A stretch of DNA of 64,000 nucleotides from Octopus sinensis (Eukaryota): the NCBI RefSeq assembly GCF_006345805.1, contig NC_043011.1, positions 14,582,464 through 14,646,463 on the forward strand, read 5' to 3'. The notes beneath the pieces are model-generated. The model saw only the letters and a program-made list of their open reading frames with translations, had not been told where the DNA came from and ran no database searches. Shown one piece after another: positions 12,680-25,720 of the stretch. Both the position numbers and the translations under genes were made by a program. The stretch's first letter is position 1. Each line of letters starts with the position of its first letter.

Positions 12680-13160
12680 ACAGGGACCAATCAACGTGCA
12701 AGAAATGGCAGTCAAATCTCCGGCAGACCGCTGCATGCCGTCTTAAATAAAGAAAGGAAACAATGCAGTCTTTCAGAACTTTAAAAAGAATGGAAGGTCA
12801 TTGCTGGAATGCCTTTGATCATATGTTTCCTCGATGACCTAAGGCTAAAAAAGCAGCGGTAGCGGCAACAACAAGCAACATAATTGCACATGAACCAACA
12901 GAGCAGCTTCGACGCAGTCATTCAACTTATTCAAAATAACAGACAAATCTATATTAAATCACACCCTGTCGTGCTAGATATACAACGTCGGTAAAGAAGA
13001 AAAAAAAAAAAAAAAAAACTAGCAAAATAGACAACAAAAAACAAATAAAACAAACAAACAAAACAAAAACAAACAAAGAAAAAAACGTAATAGTTATGGT
13101 TGCAAAGTCTTTGATCATAGTTCTGCTGGAATAGAAGTGACCTGAGGTTAAACAATATCA
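12680..13160 (-). repeat. Two tandem degenerate copies of an unclassified interspersed repeat; related copies near 21770-22390, 24750-25320 and 39845-40015
   Basis: Shared motifs (t)agaaatagcag..aaatct, (g)gaatgcctttgatcata and gacct.aggctaaa. Confidence 0.55.
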
Positions 13161-13389
13161 ATAACTAAATTACAAGTAGAAAAAGCAAAAAAAGCCGAGT
13201 GTAGCCATGGGCAGAGTACAGCAGCGATAGAAGGATATGTTCCATTGATTTTTGGTCAGGAACAAACTGAACCAGTCGTGAATTTTGAGACTGTAATTTT
13301 TAGAATTTTTATCAAATCAACTGACATTATCGATATTTTAAACTTATATCACCGATTCTTACCGGCGAAGACGACCTAGTATTTAATTC

Positions 13390-13835
13390 GGATTTTTTCG
13401 GTTTGAACGGCAGTTTTTAAAAATAATTTCCACGTAACTAAACACTTTTAAACTTCGTATACTGGTAGAATGTGTTTATAAAACATCGTTTTCTCTTGGC
13501 TTTATTGAGAAAATTCTATAGTTTGTAAGATATTTGTTGTTTTTTTTCTTCAATTTCTGCAATTTCAACCAATCAATGGACGTCTATTGAGGTGAAAACA
13601 TTCTGTGCCGTATGAATATGTCCCTCGTTTAAGAAACAGATTGGATTTATTTACATTTGTGAAGAAAAAAAAGATACCCTTCACCCCACCCTCTAACCCT
13701 ACCCTTAACTAACCTTAACTAACCCAAACCCTAAAACAGATTAAAATGCAATAGATCGATACTAGGGTCATAATTATGGGTGACAATTTCATATGACACC
13801 GCGAGAAAAAACTGCCGTTCAAACCGAAAAGGTCC
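13390..13835. mobile_element. GG...CC telomeric-repeat MITE
   Basis: Family TIRs; TSD tttaattc. Confidence 0.92.
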
Positions 13836-14062
13836 TTTAATTCTATAAAACGAGCGTGGACTTGCAACTTTTTATTTATTTATTTATATATTTTAATATT
13901 TCATGAGAGGGAGAAAGGAAGAAAGAACGTGGCCCCCAAACAACTGTTTCGGGCCTCTGTGACTGCACGGGTCGGGTGAGGGCATTCTTGTCATAATGAT
14001 TGCAAAAGAGTGCAACCCGTTAAATGGTCTCAACATCCATAATGTTAAACACCACAACGAAC

Positions 14063-14063
14063 T

Positions 14064-14138
<75 letters not shown>

Positions 14139-14166
14139 CACCACCACCACCATCACCGCCGCCGCC

Positions 14167-14255
<89 letters not shown>

Positions 14256-14286
14256 TAATAATGATAATAATAATAATAATAATAAT
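14063..14286. repeat. Compound trinucleotide microsatellite (CTA)n(CCA)n(CTA)n(TAA)n
   Basis: Directly visible. Confidence 0.95.
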
Positions 14287-14877
14287 AGTCCTCGTGCTTT
14301 TCATCGCCATATCATCCACTACCACAACCCACCCTCAGTAACAGAGGTTGTTGTTGACTCAGCCTCCTCATCCAGTTCCCTCAGCGTCCTCTAACAATAA
14401 GTTACGAGGCCTGTTTAATCCCCAATGATGTCCGTAGCGGTTCCAGTATGTTACTGTGTATATGCTGACCATGGCTGCTGTTACTGTAGTAGTAGTACTA
14501 CTACTACTACTTCTACTGCTACTGCTGCTGCTGCTGCCGCTCTCTCCTTCCCCTCCCCACTCTCTATATATAAAGAGAGAGAGAGAGAGTACGTGTGAAA
14601 TTGAGGAGAGGCACAGTGCAGATAGCCACATCAAAGCTGATGACGTTTGTCCAGTATCCTCAGTGCATAAAACATTTACGGTGTGCAATGGAAACACTAT
14701 TCACACGTGGTGTACTTCAGTTAGCTTTTATGGAGCATGCACGCCTTTAGTTTTGTGCGAAGCATCAATAATTTATAGAAATTACGATGAAGGCAAGTAA
14801 AAGCTGAGAGATCTTTAAATTCTAATAAGCATAGTGGTAGTAGTTGAGGAAATTTGAGTACAGTAATCACTCGCCAT

Positions 14878-15104
14878 ACCTATTTCTTTGCTACCCAGAA
14901 GGGGCTAAACACAGAGAGGACAAACAAGAACAGATAAACGGATTAAGTTGATTATATCGACCCCAGTGGTACTTATTTAATCTACCCCGAAAGGATGAAA
15001 GGCAAAGTCGACCTCGGTGGAATTTGAACTCAGAACGTAGCGGCAGACGAAATACCTGTAAGCATTCCGCCCAGTGCGCTAACGTTTCTGCCAGCTAGCC
15101 GCCT
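14878..15104 (-). mobile_element. tRNA-derived SINE family A (Meta/MESC-like central domain)
   Basis: aaggcggc.agctggcaga head, gagttcaaattcc B box, gcctttcatcctttcggggt.gat core. Confidence 0.85.
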
Positions 15105-15344
15105 TTTCATTCGCCATATCGCGGTTCACCTATCGCGTCTTTTGTACATCGCGGATTTTTCTGGCTTATATATGTAAATTTATATCGCGGACTTCTCAGT
15201 ATATCGCGGGTTTCTGCGGCCGATGGATATGTATACATTTTTAGATTTAAATTATATCTGTGGTAAACTATGCATTTTCACGCCTATAAATTAATAAATA
15301 AAAATAGAGTACAGTACTGTATAACACATTAATTAAAGTATATA

Positions 15345-15741
15345 CTTTTCTACTCTAGGCACAAGGCCTGAAATTTTGGAGGAGAGGCCAGTCGATTATA
15401 TCGATGCCAGTACGCAACTGGTACTTATTTAATCGACCCCGAAAGGATGAAAGGCAAAGTCGACCTCGGCTGAATTTGAACTCAGAACGTAAAGACAGAC
15501 GAATTACCTATTTCTTTATTACCCACAAGGGGCTAAACACAGAGAGGACAAACAGGGACAGACAAACGGATTAAGTCGATTACATCGACCCCAGTGCGTA
15601 ACTGGTACTTAATTTATCGACCCCGAAAGGATGAAGAGCAAAGTCGACCTCGGCGGAATTTGAACTCAGAACGTAACGGCAGACAAAATACGGCTACGCA
15701 TTTCGCCCGGCGTGCTAACGTTTCTGCCAGCTCGCCGCCTT
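15345..15741 (-). mobile_element. SINE family A dimer
   Basis: One head plus two bodies; flanking duplication ttaattaaagtata. Confidence 0.85.
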
Positions 15742-15927
15742 GTTAATTAATTAAAGTATATTAAAAGAAAATACGTAGTGTGCCGTAGATGAGTAAACAA
15801 AGAATCGCACATTTGTATGGAAAAGGAAACTCGGGAGGCGAGTGTGCGGTGGCGTTTTGCATTTATAATAAAATAAACATATACAAATTATAAAGATAAC
15901 TAAAAAATTATATACAGTACAGTACTG

Positions 15928-16359
15928 GGATCTTTTCGGTTTGAACGGCAGTTTTTTCTAGCGGTGTCATGTGAAGTTGTCACCCATAATTTTGACACTA
16001 GTATCGATCTATTGCATTTTAATCTATTTTAGGGTTAGTGTTAGTTAGTGTTAGGGTTAGGGGTGGAGGAAGGGTATCTTTTTTTTCTTCACAAATGCAA
16101 ATAAACCCAATCTGTTTCTTAAACGAGGGACATATTCATACGGCACAGAATGTTTTCACCTCAATAGACGTCATTGATTGGTTGAAATTGCAGAAATTGA
16201 AGAAAAACAACAACAAATATCTTACAAAGTATAGAATTTTCTCAAGAAAGCCAAGAGAAAAAGATGTTTTATAAACACATTCTACCAGTATACGAAGTTT
16301 AAAATTTTTTAGTTACCTAGAAATTATGTTAAAAACTACCGTTGAAACCGAAAAGATTC
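15928..16359. mobile_element. GG...CC telomeric-repeat MITE (opposite orientation)
   Basis: Family TIRs; TSD cagtactg. Confidence 0.92.
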
Positions 16360-17761
16360 CAGTACTGTTTCTACTTCGAGGATTTTCACCTATCGCGAGG
16401 GTGGTGGTTGGAACGTAACACCCGCGATAGTCGAAGGATTACTGTAATATAAATTATAACGCTATTGAGAATGGAGGGAGACAACGAAGGTGGAGTCTGT
16501 TTTGTCTACTTCTGGCTTCATAATTGTAGATAATAGTGTGAACAAATATTTACGGAAGCTCGTAATCGTAAAATCATTATAATATAAAACTAAGCAAAAC
16601 GACAAACGGTTTATGAAGTAGGGAATCGTGTATTAGGTTTCAAATTAGATGTCTTTATCATAGATACGTGTTCGACTTGATGTTTATCAAGAGGCCTTTC
16701 GTTGATATTTGTTATGCCATCAATTCAGATCAAAGCTGTTGATATTTCATTGACAATTGTTGATTGTGGCCGACCACATTTTATTGAAAATCGGTAACAA
16801 TGAGTGAAGGATAATGAAATCTTTCCAGAAGAAGGTGACACTGTTTGTAAGAAGTGAAGATGAAGGGGATTGGTGGTGGGGGGGATGAGGTGTTATGGTA
16901 AATCGAAATAGTATGTGAAGTTGCATGTAAACAGATTAAAATCGACAAGACAGGGTAAAGTATCAAAATAAGATGTTCGACGGAAAGTTGTCGTTGATTT
17001 TCAAGCTAGAATGCACGATTCACTTTTCTGGAATGATTGACTTATTTAATTCGTTTTAATTCATCTGGCACTCATTTGGAACCCATGCAGAAATCAATAT
17101 CATGTTCTCAGCACACACAACATTATGCCTGCATGTTTGTCGATAAAAGATGTTGACATTAAGCTGGAAAATTCCCATGGCAACTCTCTTGAAAATGGAC
17201 GCTGGATGCTATTTCGTTTAGAAGATTTTCCGGAACAGAGATATTTAAGTGAGGATTATTTATAATTTCAATGCCGTTTTTCAAGATATCTAAAGTGCCT
17301 CTCACAACAAGTAGCAATACAATGCTTTAACATCATCATACACATATGAAAGCATTTACACATCTGACCGTGTGTGCATAGACACTCTAGCTCTTTCTCT
17401 CATTCTCTTTTACTCATTCTTTCTCTCTTTCCCCTCCCCCTCTCTCTCTTTCTATCTCTCTCCATCCATCTTTCTCACACAGAAAGACAAAACACAAACG
17501 CGCACACACAAATTATACAAGAGTTACCATAATTTTCAACACATGACAATGGCAGAAACGATTTTCTAAGTGAGTATAGAAACGAATCTCATTGGTGCCC
17601 TTAAAGTTGACACAAACCATCCACCCCCGCCACTCTCTTGTTTTCTCTCATTCATTTCAAAATAAATCGATGTTTTTACTATAGCAATGCTTTCTCTTTC
17701 ACTAGCTGTAATGCCAGCTGCAAATCGTTGCCGTTTCTTCTTCTGTTTGCCTGTCCGCCAG

Positions 17762-17796
<35 letters not shown>

Positions 17797-18021
17797 TTCT
17801 GTCTCTCCCTCTCTTTCTCTCTTTTCCGCTTCTCTCTTCAGGCTAATAACTTGGATTCTTTTCTTCTATTGGCAAATATACGCCAATAAATGTTGATTAA
17901 AAAGATAAAAACCGCCGAATGATCAAGTGAATGTACAGAGGTGTTCAAATTGTGGCAGGGTCGATTCTTGTATTTTATTCAAAAGGAAATGATAAAATAA
18001 ATGATCATTATATAATACTGA

Positions 18022-18189
18022 TACCTATTTCTTTACTACCCACAAGGGGCTAAACACAGAGAGGACAAACAAGGACAGACAAACGGATTAAGTCGATTAC
18101 ATCGGCCCCAGTGCGTAACTGGTACTTATTTATTCGAGCCCGAAAGGATGAAAGGCAAAGTCGACCTCGGCGGAATTTGAACTCAGAAC
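18022..18189 (-). mobile_element. SINE family A, 5'-truncated
   Basis: Matches the family A body. Confidence 0.85.
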
Positions 18190-18712
18190 CGATACCGGTT
18201 TCCTGATTATCAGCTAACAGTCTGACCAATCTGTTTAATTTTTGCTGTGTCACCATGCTGCTTTTTAGTTGGCAGGTAAAGGTAAACTTTTGATTCGTAC
18301 TATTTAGTTATGGTTGGTTTCTGGCTGCTCTGAAAGTGGCTCTTTCATCCTTTGCTGATTTCTACTTTTAATGTAGATCGATCCTAAAATTCCTGGGATG
18401 ACAACCAGTTTAGTCACCGATCACCCGTATGTTAGAGGGGGTGCAATGACCAACACAGTTTGCCGGCACAATATGACATGACCATATAAGCAGTGCCGTC
18501 TTGAGGCGTGAGGTCATTGAGCAGTCGCCCAGGAGCTCCACAGGTCTAGTGGCCCATTTCTGATCTACGTATATTTTGTCTTGTCAATAAATAAGCACTA
18601 TAGGGCCCAGTACATTGTTTGACCCAGGGGACAACAATGCCGTAACGGCAGCCCTACATAGTAGTTTAAGTATGCTCCAATATTAACTATGTAATATAAC
18701 TACAGTAAGTGA

Positions 18713-19150
18713 AGCGATAAGCTGGCAGAATCGTTAGCACGCCGGGCGAAATGCTTAGCGACATTTCATCTGCAGTTACGTTCTTAGTTCAAATTCCGCC
18801 GAGTCGACTTTGCCTTTCATCCTTTCGGGGTCGATAAATTAAGTACCAGTTACGCATTGGGGTCGATGTAATCGACTTAATTCCTTTGTCTGACCTTGTT
18901 TGTCCCCTCTATGTTTAGCTCCTTGTGGGCAATAAATAAATAAGAATCGTTTGCACAGCGGGTAGGATTCTTAGCGGTATTTCGTCCGTCTTTACGTTTT
19001 GAGTTCAAATTCCGCCGTGGTCGATTTTGCCTTTCATCCTTTCGGGGCCAATAAAATAAATACTAACCAGCTGAGTACTTGGGATCGGTGTAACTGACTT
19101 ACTCCATCCCCCGAACTTGCTGGCCTTGTGCCAAAATTCGAAACCAATAT
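18713..19150 (+). mobile_element. Two tandem family A SINEs
   Basis: Head and body, then aagaatcgtt..., then a second body with the ggccttgtgccaaaatt tail. Confidence 0.8.
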
Positions 19151-19339
19151 TACTACGTTAAGCACACAACGCACACGGTATTGAATACTGCTTAATATTA
19201 CCATATTTAGTATGTAATATTACGCATGGAATGTTAAAGGATTAATAAAATATTATTAAAAGTTAAGTATGTAATATTGCGAGATTAATTTCGTAACATT
19301 ATTGTATCAAGTATATATATTACTGGATTAAGCGTATTA

Positions 19340-19529
19340 CTCTTTTACTCTTTTACTTGTTTCAGTCATTTGACTGTGGCCATGCTGGAGCACTGCCTTT
19401 AGTCGAGCAAATCGACTGCAGGACTTATTCTTTGTAAGCCTAGTACTTATCCTATCGGTCTCTTTTGCCGAACCGCTAAGTTACGGGGACGTAAACACAC
19501 CAGCATCGGTTGTCAAGCGATGTTGGGGG

Positions 19530-19579
<50 letters not shown>

Positions 19580-19737
19580 CGACGGGCTTCTTTCAGTTTC
19601 CGTCTACCAAATCCACTCACAAGGCTTTGGTCGACCCGAGGCTACAGTAGAAGACACTTGCCCAAGGTGCCACGCAGTGGGACTGAACCCTGAACCATGT
19701 GGTTGGTAAGCAAGCTTCTTACCACACAGCCACTCCT
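19340..19737 (-). mobile_element. Full-length family B SINE with internal (TA)/(TG) tract
   Basis: tRNA-like head ggagtggctgtgtggtaag, CORE-like ccttgggcaagtgtctt, (gtaaaaga)n tail; partial copies at ~4255, 5150, 20655, 28490 and 62190. Confidence 0.85.
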
Positions 19738-19989
19738 AGACCTATGATAAAATGATAAAACGTATGACATTAAACATGTAACATTACTAAATTTGATATA
19801 CAATATTATGTAATGCTACTTGAATATTAGTTAAGGTTAAGTATGCAACTTAACAAGATTTAAGAATTAATAGATAAAATATGTATATTACTAAATCAAA
19901 TATTGATATTACTAGAATAAGCATGTAATATTGCTAGATTAAGAATGGAATATTAATGGATTAAAATTATAATATTAGTAGATTATATA

Positions 19990-20349
19990 TCTCTATATAT
20001 ATAAATGGCAAAATGTCTGTGTGTGTGTCCTTTATACAAATCCACAGTTTTTCAGTTAGGGAGCTCGCACTCTGGTCATTCAAAACCGTCCAAAGGTGGT
20101 CGTGCACATCTTTACATTTCCCCAGTCATCCCGCAAAGCCATTAAAAAATCAATAGAAGTGACTTTTTTGTGAATTTTCTATCCCAAACCCTATCAAAAT
20201 GCCCGAAACTTGATACGCCAATTGAATGTCAGCTAGCTGTATGTGATTAGTCGGAGATTTGGACAGTACTCGCGTGTATGTGTGTATGCACACAGCTGTA
20301 TATGCATGCACTAGCACTATGACCTGGCATTGCCGGGTCATAGTGCTGA
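19990..20349 (+). mobile_element. Non-autonomous Helitron (second copy)
   Basis: Reverse complement of 1036-1398; 5' TC, 3' hairpin, degenerate CTAG. Confidence 0.85.
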
Positions 20350-21006
20350 TGTAATAATATACCAAGTATAGACTATTGGTAGACAGTGTGCAATACTGCT
20401 GGATGAAGTAAATAGAATTACTGGAATATGCATCGAATAATACTAGATTAATATGTAACATTATGTATATTAAGTATATGATATTATTGCAATGCAAGTA
20501 TGTAATATTTTGAGATTAAGTTTCTATTATTAATAGATTAAGCTGTCAATGTTACTGGATTAATTAAGGCAGCGAGGTGGTAGGGTCGTTAGAACACCGG
20601 ACAAAATACTTAGTGGTATTTCGTCCGTCTTTACGTTCTGAGTTCAAATTCCTTGTAAGCCTAGTACTTATCCTATCGGTCTCTTTTGGCTAACCGTTAA
20701 GTTATGGTGACATAACCACATCAGCATAGGTTGTCAAGCGATGTTGGGGGGAACAAACACAGACACATACACACATATATATATACATATATATGACGGG
20801 CTTCTTTCAGTTTTCAGTCTTTGACTGTCATCCTTTCGGGGTCGATAAAATATGTACCAGCTGAGCATTGGGGTCGATGTAGTCGACTTAGCCCATCCCC
20901 ACTGAACTTGCTAGCCTTGTGTCAAACTTTCAGACCAATATTACTGGACTAAGTATGTAATATTGGTAAATTAACTATTATGTTGCTAGGTTAAATATGT
21001 GTAAAT

Positions 21007-21325
21007 GGAAGCACTCCGTCGGTTACGACGACGAGGGTTCCGGTTGATCCGATCAACAGAACAGCCTGCTCGTGAAATTAACGTGTAAGTGGCTGAGCAC
21101 TCCACAGATACGTGTACCCTTAACGTAGTTCTCGGGGATATTCAGCGTGACACAGAGAGTGACAAGGCCGGCTCTTTGAAATACAGGTACAACAGAAACA
21201 GGAAGTAAGAGTGAAAGAAAGTTGTGGTGAAAGAGTACAGCAGGGATCACCACCACCCCCTGCCGGAGCCTCGTGGAGCTTTAGGTGTTTTCGCTCAATA
21301 AACACTCACAACACCCGGTCTGGGA
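21007..21325 (-). mobile_element. Family C SINE, 5'-truncated, tail type 2
   Basis: Shared body gagcgaaaacacctaaagctccacgaggctccggcagggg; distinct 3' module. Confidence 0.8.
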
Positions 21326-21806
21326 AATGTGTAAATAATGAAGGCATGGTGCCTGCTGCTATCAAGTCATATGTGATTGTGTTTGACGGTCGAGATATTA
21401 GTAATCTATAATACAATTCTATTTGTTAGAATATGTTTGATTAATGCATATGAACAAGGAAATAAAACAGTTCATATAATGAAGCCAGTTTGATCGTTAC
21501 TTCATGTAATGAAGCAAATTTGATTGTTACTTATTAACCTATTTTGACTATGGAACAGCATCAAAGACATCAACAACATACTTAAGATAATGAAAACAAT
21601 GTTTCGAAGACTCATTAATTTATATATCAAAATACAGTCTCATTTATAAAATGTGGAATTTCCATGGGTCATGCAAGCACAAAAATACCAGGCCATGCAA
21701 CAACCCAAGATTAAGAATGTATTATTATAATATTATGTATATATTATTAATATATTAAACATGGGCTCATGTCTCTGCCTGCCATGCTAGAAATATTTGA
21801 CAGATC

Positions 21807-22230
21807 GGATCTTTTCGGTTTGAACGGCAGTTTTTTCTAGCAGTGTCATATGAAATTGTCACCCATAATTATGACCCTAGTATCGATCTATTGCATTTCA
21901 ATCTATTTTAGGGTTAGGGTTAGTTAGGGTTAGGGGTGGGGGAAGGGTATCTTTTTTTCTTCACAAATGTAAATAAACCCAATCTGTTTCTTAAACGAGG
22001 GACATATTCATACGGCACAGAATGTTGTTTACCTCAATGGACGTCAGTGATTGGTTGAAACTGCAGAAATTGAAGAAAAAACAACAAATATCTTACAAAC
22101 TATAGAATTTTCTCAATAAAGCCAAGAGAAAAAGATGTTTTATAAACACATTCTACCAGTATAGGAAGTTTAAAAGTGTTTAGTTACATGGAACTTATTT
22201 AAAAAACTGCCGTTCAAACCGAAAAGATCC
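21807..22230. mobile_element. GG...CC telomeric-repeat MITE
   Basis: Perfect TIRs; TSD gacagatc. Confidence 0.95.
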
Positions 22231-22666
22231 GACAGATCTCTTTCAAAATACATGATCAGCTTAAAGAATGAAGGATATATTGATGGATTAAGTCCTTTAT
22301 AAATTATAAGACAAGAATGTGATGGTTTGAATATCCTTGATTATGGATTTGCTCGATCTGGGTTGACTTGGATTAAACAACAACAGTTGAATCAAGTATA
22401 CTGTATTGCTGAACTTATATAGACTATATAACTAAATTTGCTGTACATTCGAAGATAATGTATGGACTGATTCCAGACTATACATGCAGCATTAGAAGGT
22501 ATTGTAGACACTCTTAATATATAATGGATGCATTGTTGCTCAAATATTTATGTGACATTAGAAAATAAGATAGGCACTGATTCTAAGCTATATATGTAAC
22601 TAAGCTATACGTAAATATAGAAGCTACATAAATATATAAATCATGAATGCAATATTAGTAGGCAAT

Positions 22667-23102
22667 AAGGCGGCGAACTGGCAAAATTGTTAGCATGCCG
22701 GGCAAAACGCTTGTCTGTTTTTACATTCTGAGTTCAAATCCCGCTGAGGTCGACTTTGACTTTCATCATTTCCGAGTCGATAAAATAAGTACCAGTTGAA
22801 CACTGGGAACGATGTTATTCACTTATTCTCTCCCCCGAACTTGCTGGCTTTGATCCAAAATTTGAAACCAATAATATTAGTAGGCAATATATGCTGTGTT
22901 TAAGGCGGCGAGCTAGCAGAGTCGTTACCACGCGGTTCAAAATGCTTAGCGATGTTTCATCCGTCTTTATGTTTTGAATTCAAATTCGGCCAAGGTCGAC
23001 TTTGGCATTCATCTTTTCGCGGTCAATAAAATAAATACCAATTGGGCATCGACATATCTCTTCTCCTAAACTTCCTGGCTTTGTGCTAACATTTTAAACC
23101 AT
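22667..23102 (+). mobile_element. Two family A SINEs (~22667-22873 and ~22901-23102)
   Basis: aaggcggcga heads, B boxes, tttgaaaccaat tails; aatattagtaggcaata flanks the first. Confidence 0.8.
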
Positions 23103-23340
23103 TGTATACATTGTTTCTAAATTATGCATACAACTATAAAAGGTAAGCATAAAACATTAGCCATCTGATTGATTGGAATAAAGCTGCTCTTCAGTGCACA
23201 ATACCCTCTCTGCTACAGAGTGATGTCTCTTCGTCTTTTTTCTCTGCCTTTTATACTACTACTGGTGTGGCACCTGTTATTCAGAGTTGGCTAGTGTAAT
23301 GTCTCTACGACTCAGGCCCTTATGACCCAATCATTTTTTG

Positions 23341-23782
23341 GGATCTTTTCGGTTTGAACGGCAGTTTTTTCTAGCGGTGTCATATGAAATTGTCACCCAT
23401 AATTATGACTCTAGAATCGATCTATTGCATTTCAATCTGTTTTAGGGTTAGGGTTAGTTGGAGTTAGTTAGGGTTAGGGTTAGGGGTGGGGAGAAGGATA
23501 TCTTTTTTCTTCACAAATGTAAATAAACCCAATCTGTTTCTTAAACGAGGGACATATTCATACGGCACAGAATGCTTTTTACCTCAATGGACGTCATTGA
23601 TTGGTTGAAATTGCAGAAATTGAAGAAAAAACAACAAATATCTTACAAACTATAGAATTTTCTCAATAAAGCCAAGAGAAAAAGATGTTTTATAAACACA
23701 TTCTACCAGTATATGAAGTTTAAAAGTGTTTAGTTACGTGGAAATCATTTAAAAAAAACTGCCGTTCAAACCGAAAAGATCC
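23341..23782. mobile_element. GG...CC telomeric-repeat MITE
   Basis: Perfect TIRs; TSD attttttg/atttcttg. Confidence 0.93.
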
Positions 23783-25338
23783 ATTTCTTGTCCCGTCATC
23801 ACTTGTATTTAGCCCTTCCCCCATGCCCCCCATCCTCCACAGAGAACTTTTACTCCAAGGTCTTCTTTCCCAGATCTTCTCCCATCTGAAGTACTCTCTT
23901 TACTAATGGTTTCGCTAGGGTTGTTAACTTGCAGACTATTCAAGAAGAACATTAACAACTGAAACCAATATTAAAATAAAAATACGTGTGTGCGATATTT
24001 CAAGGTTTCTAAGCTGCGTATACAACATTACATTCTACGTTATGCAATGTTCAACGCTTCTAGATTATGTGTGGCATCACATGATAATGTATGAGGTATT
24101 TCATAATTACGTATGTGACATTTCACGATAATATATGCAACGTCCCTAAATTAAGTGAGCATTACATTTCAAGAGAATGAATTATAGTGTCGCTATATTG
24201 TGTGCTACATCTCAAGATAATATGAAATATTCCTAGATTATGTAGACCATATTTGAAGTTTATATGTTTGTGTTGCTAAATTATGTATACAACATTACAA
24301 AATGATGTAAGTATTATTGCTAGACTCTAGATGGTAATATATGCAGTTTTATAAGGTGATGTAGGCTACATTATAATGTAATGTATGCGGTGTTGCTAGG
24401 TTATGTGTGTAACATTACAATGTAATGAATGCACTGTTGCTAGGTTATGTACGTAAAAGTACAAGCTTGCCATTATCTTGTCTCTTCGATATCACTGTTT
24501 GCTCTTTGTGCTGGGGAAAAAAATGTTTTACTCATATTAGGATGATGCCGGAAGTAGCATATATTTGTTTCTCTGTGTTTGTGTGCGTTTGTGTGTGTGT
24601 GTGTGTGTGGTGTGGTTGTTTTTGCGTTTTGCATGTGTACTTTTTCCTATGTAATCTGTGAGTGCGATTTCCTGGGTTGCTCAAGTCAACCAATGAAATT
24701 CTATCCATTAGTGCTGAGCGTTTAATATTAAATTGTTTGCTGTTGTTTCTCTTATTAACTCCGACTCAGCTCTGTCAGAGAAAACCAATAATTGAAGACG
24801 TTTCAGCTGTGACCATTTCGTAAATTTCTAATGTACAATGCAAACGAGGACCACTGATTTTACTGTAACTTGCAGACTAATACTCAAAGGTGTTCCAACC
24901 GTGGCTATCATGTCTTGTTTCTTACTGGTTGACATATCTTGAGCTATATTATTCAATGTGCTCTTCCATCTTTAAGACGGTAGTGTTTGATATGAATCAA
25001 ATATAGCTGCTATTTCTAGTAGGTTCTATCTCAGGTATGAGTTAGGTGTCTTGGGATGCGGTTTGACAGTAATGAAATACAAAGTAATTAACTTGTTGAA
25101 AGGTCATCATTAAGTTTGTGTTAGCACCATCAAGAGATGCAACACGAACTAGCCATGGAACCATTTTGTGGTCATTTGATCAACTAGAAATAGCAGCGAA
25201 ATCTTCCACCAACGTCTTAAAAAGAAAGGATACTCTGGATAATGTAAACATAGATGGTCACGGCTGGAATATATTTAGTTATAATCGATCAATGTTGACC
25301 AGGAACTAAACGTCAACAACAGTAGTACCAGCAGCAGT

Positions 25339-25720
25339 GGAGGTGCAATGGCCCAGTGGTTAGGGCAGCGGACTCGCGGTCGGAGGATCGCGGTTTCGAT
25401 TCCCAGACCGGGCGTTGTGTGTGTGTTTATTGAGCGAAAACACCTAAAGCTCCACGTGGCTCCGGCAGGGGGTGGTGGCGACCCCTGTTGTACTCTTTCG
25501 CTCCAACTTTCTCTCACTCTTTCTTCCTGTTACTTGTCCCCGACTTCCTACGCAACCGCTGAGCCTGGATGCGCATTCATCCATCCATCGATGCTCTCGG
25601 TGTCGGGGATTGACCTGCTTTCTCTTCTGCGGGTCTTACGAATAGCAAAGGACCACGTTTCGGACTTCTCCCACTACAGACGGGACGAAGACCGCTTCGC
25701 TCAACAAACTAACAAACAAA
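25339..25720 (+). mobile_element. Family C SINE, tail type 3
   Basis: Intact tRNA head and shared body; distinct 3' module ending in (caaa)n. Confidence 0.85.

Larger units (their letters stand above)
14861..16444. mobile_element. pogo/Tigger-like non-autonomous element carrying three nested insertions
   Basis: TA-cagtaatcactcgccat[SINE]atcgcgg ... ccgcgatagtcgaaggattactg-TA; the left TIR is split by a SINE with duplicated ca(c/t)tcgccata. Confidence 0.75.

Noticed and set aside
14628-14648. miR-2 family similarity (catcaaagctg)
   Set aside because: Only an 11-nt match, with no seed and no precursor hairpin
13893-14800. Poly-T/V/N/L/S ORFs
   Set aside because: Produced by trinucleotide tracts in several frames; no recognisable domain
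16450-17330. Possible decayed transposase or exons
   Set aside because: No sustained open frame or identifiable motif
25339-25412. tRNA gene (also the heads at 4204, 41808, 58580 and 63692)
   Set aside because: A/B boxes run directly into SINE bodies; these are tRNA-derived SINE heads
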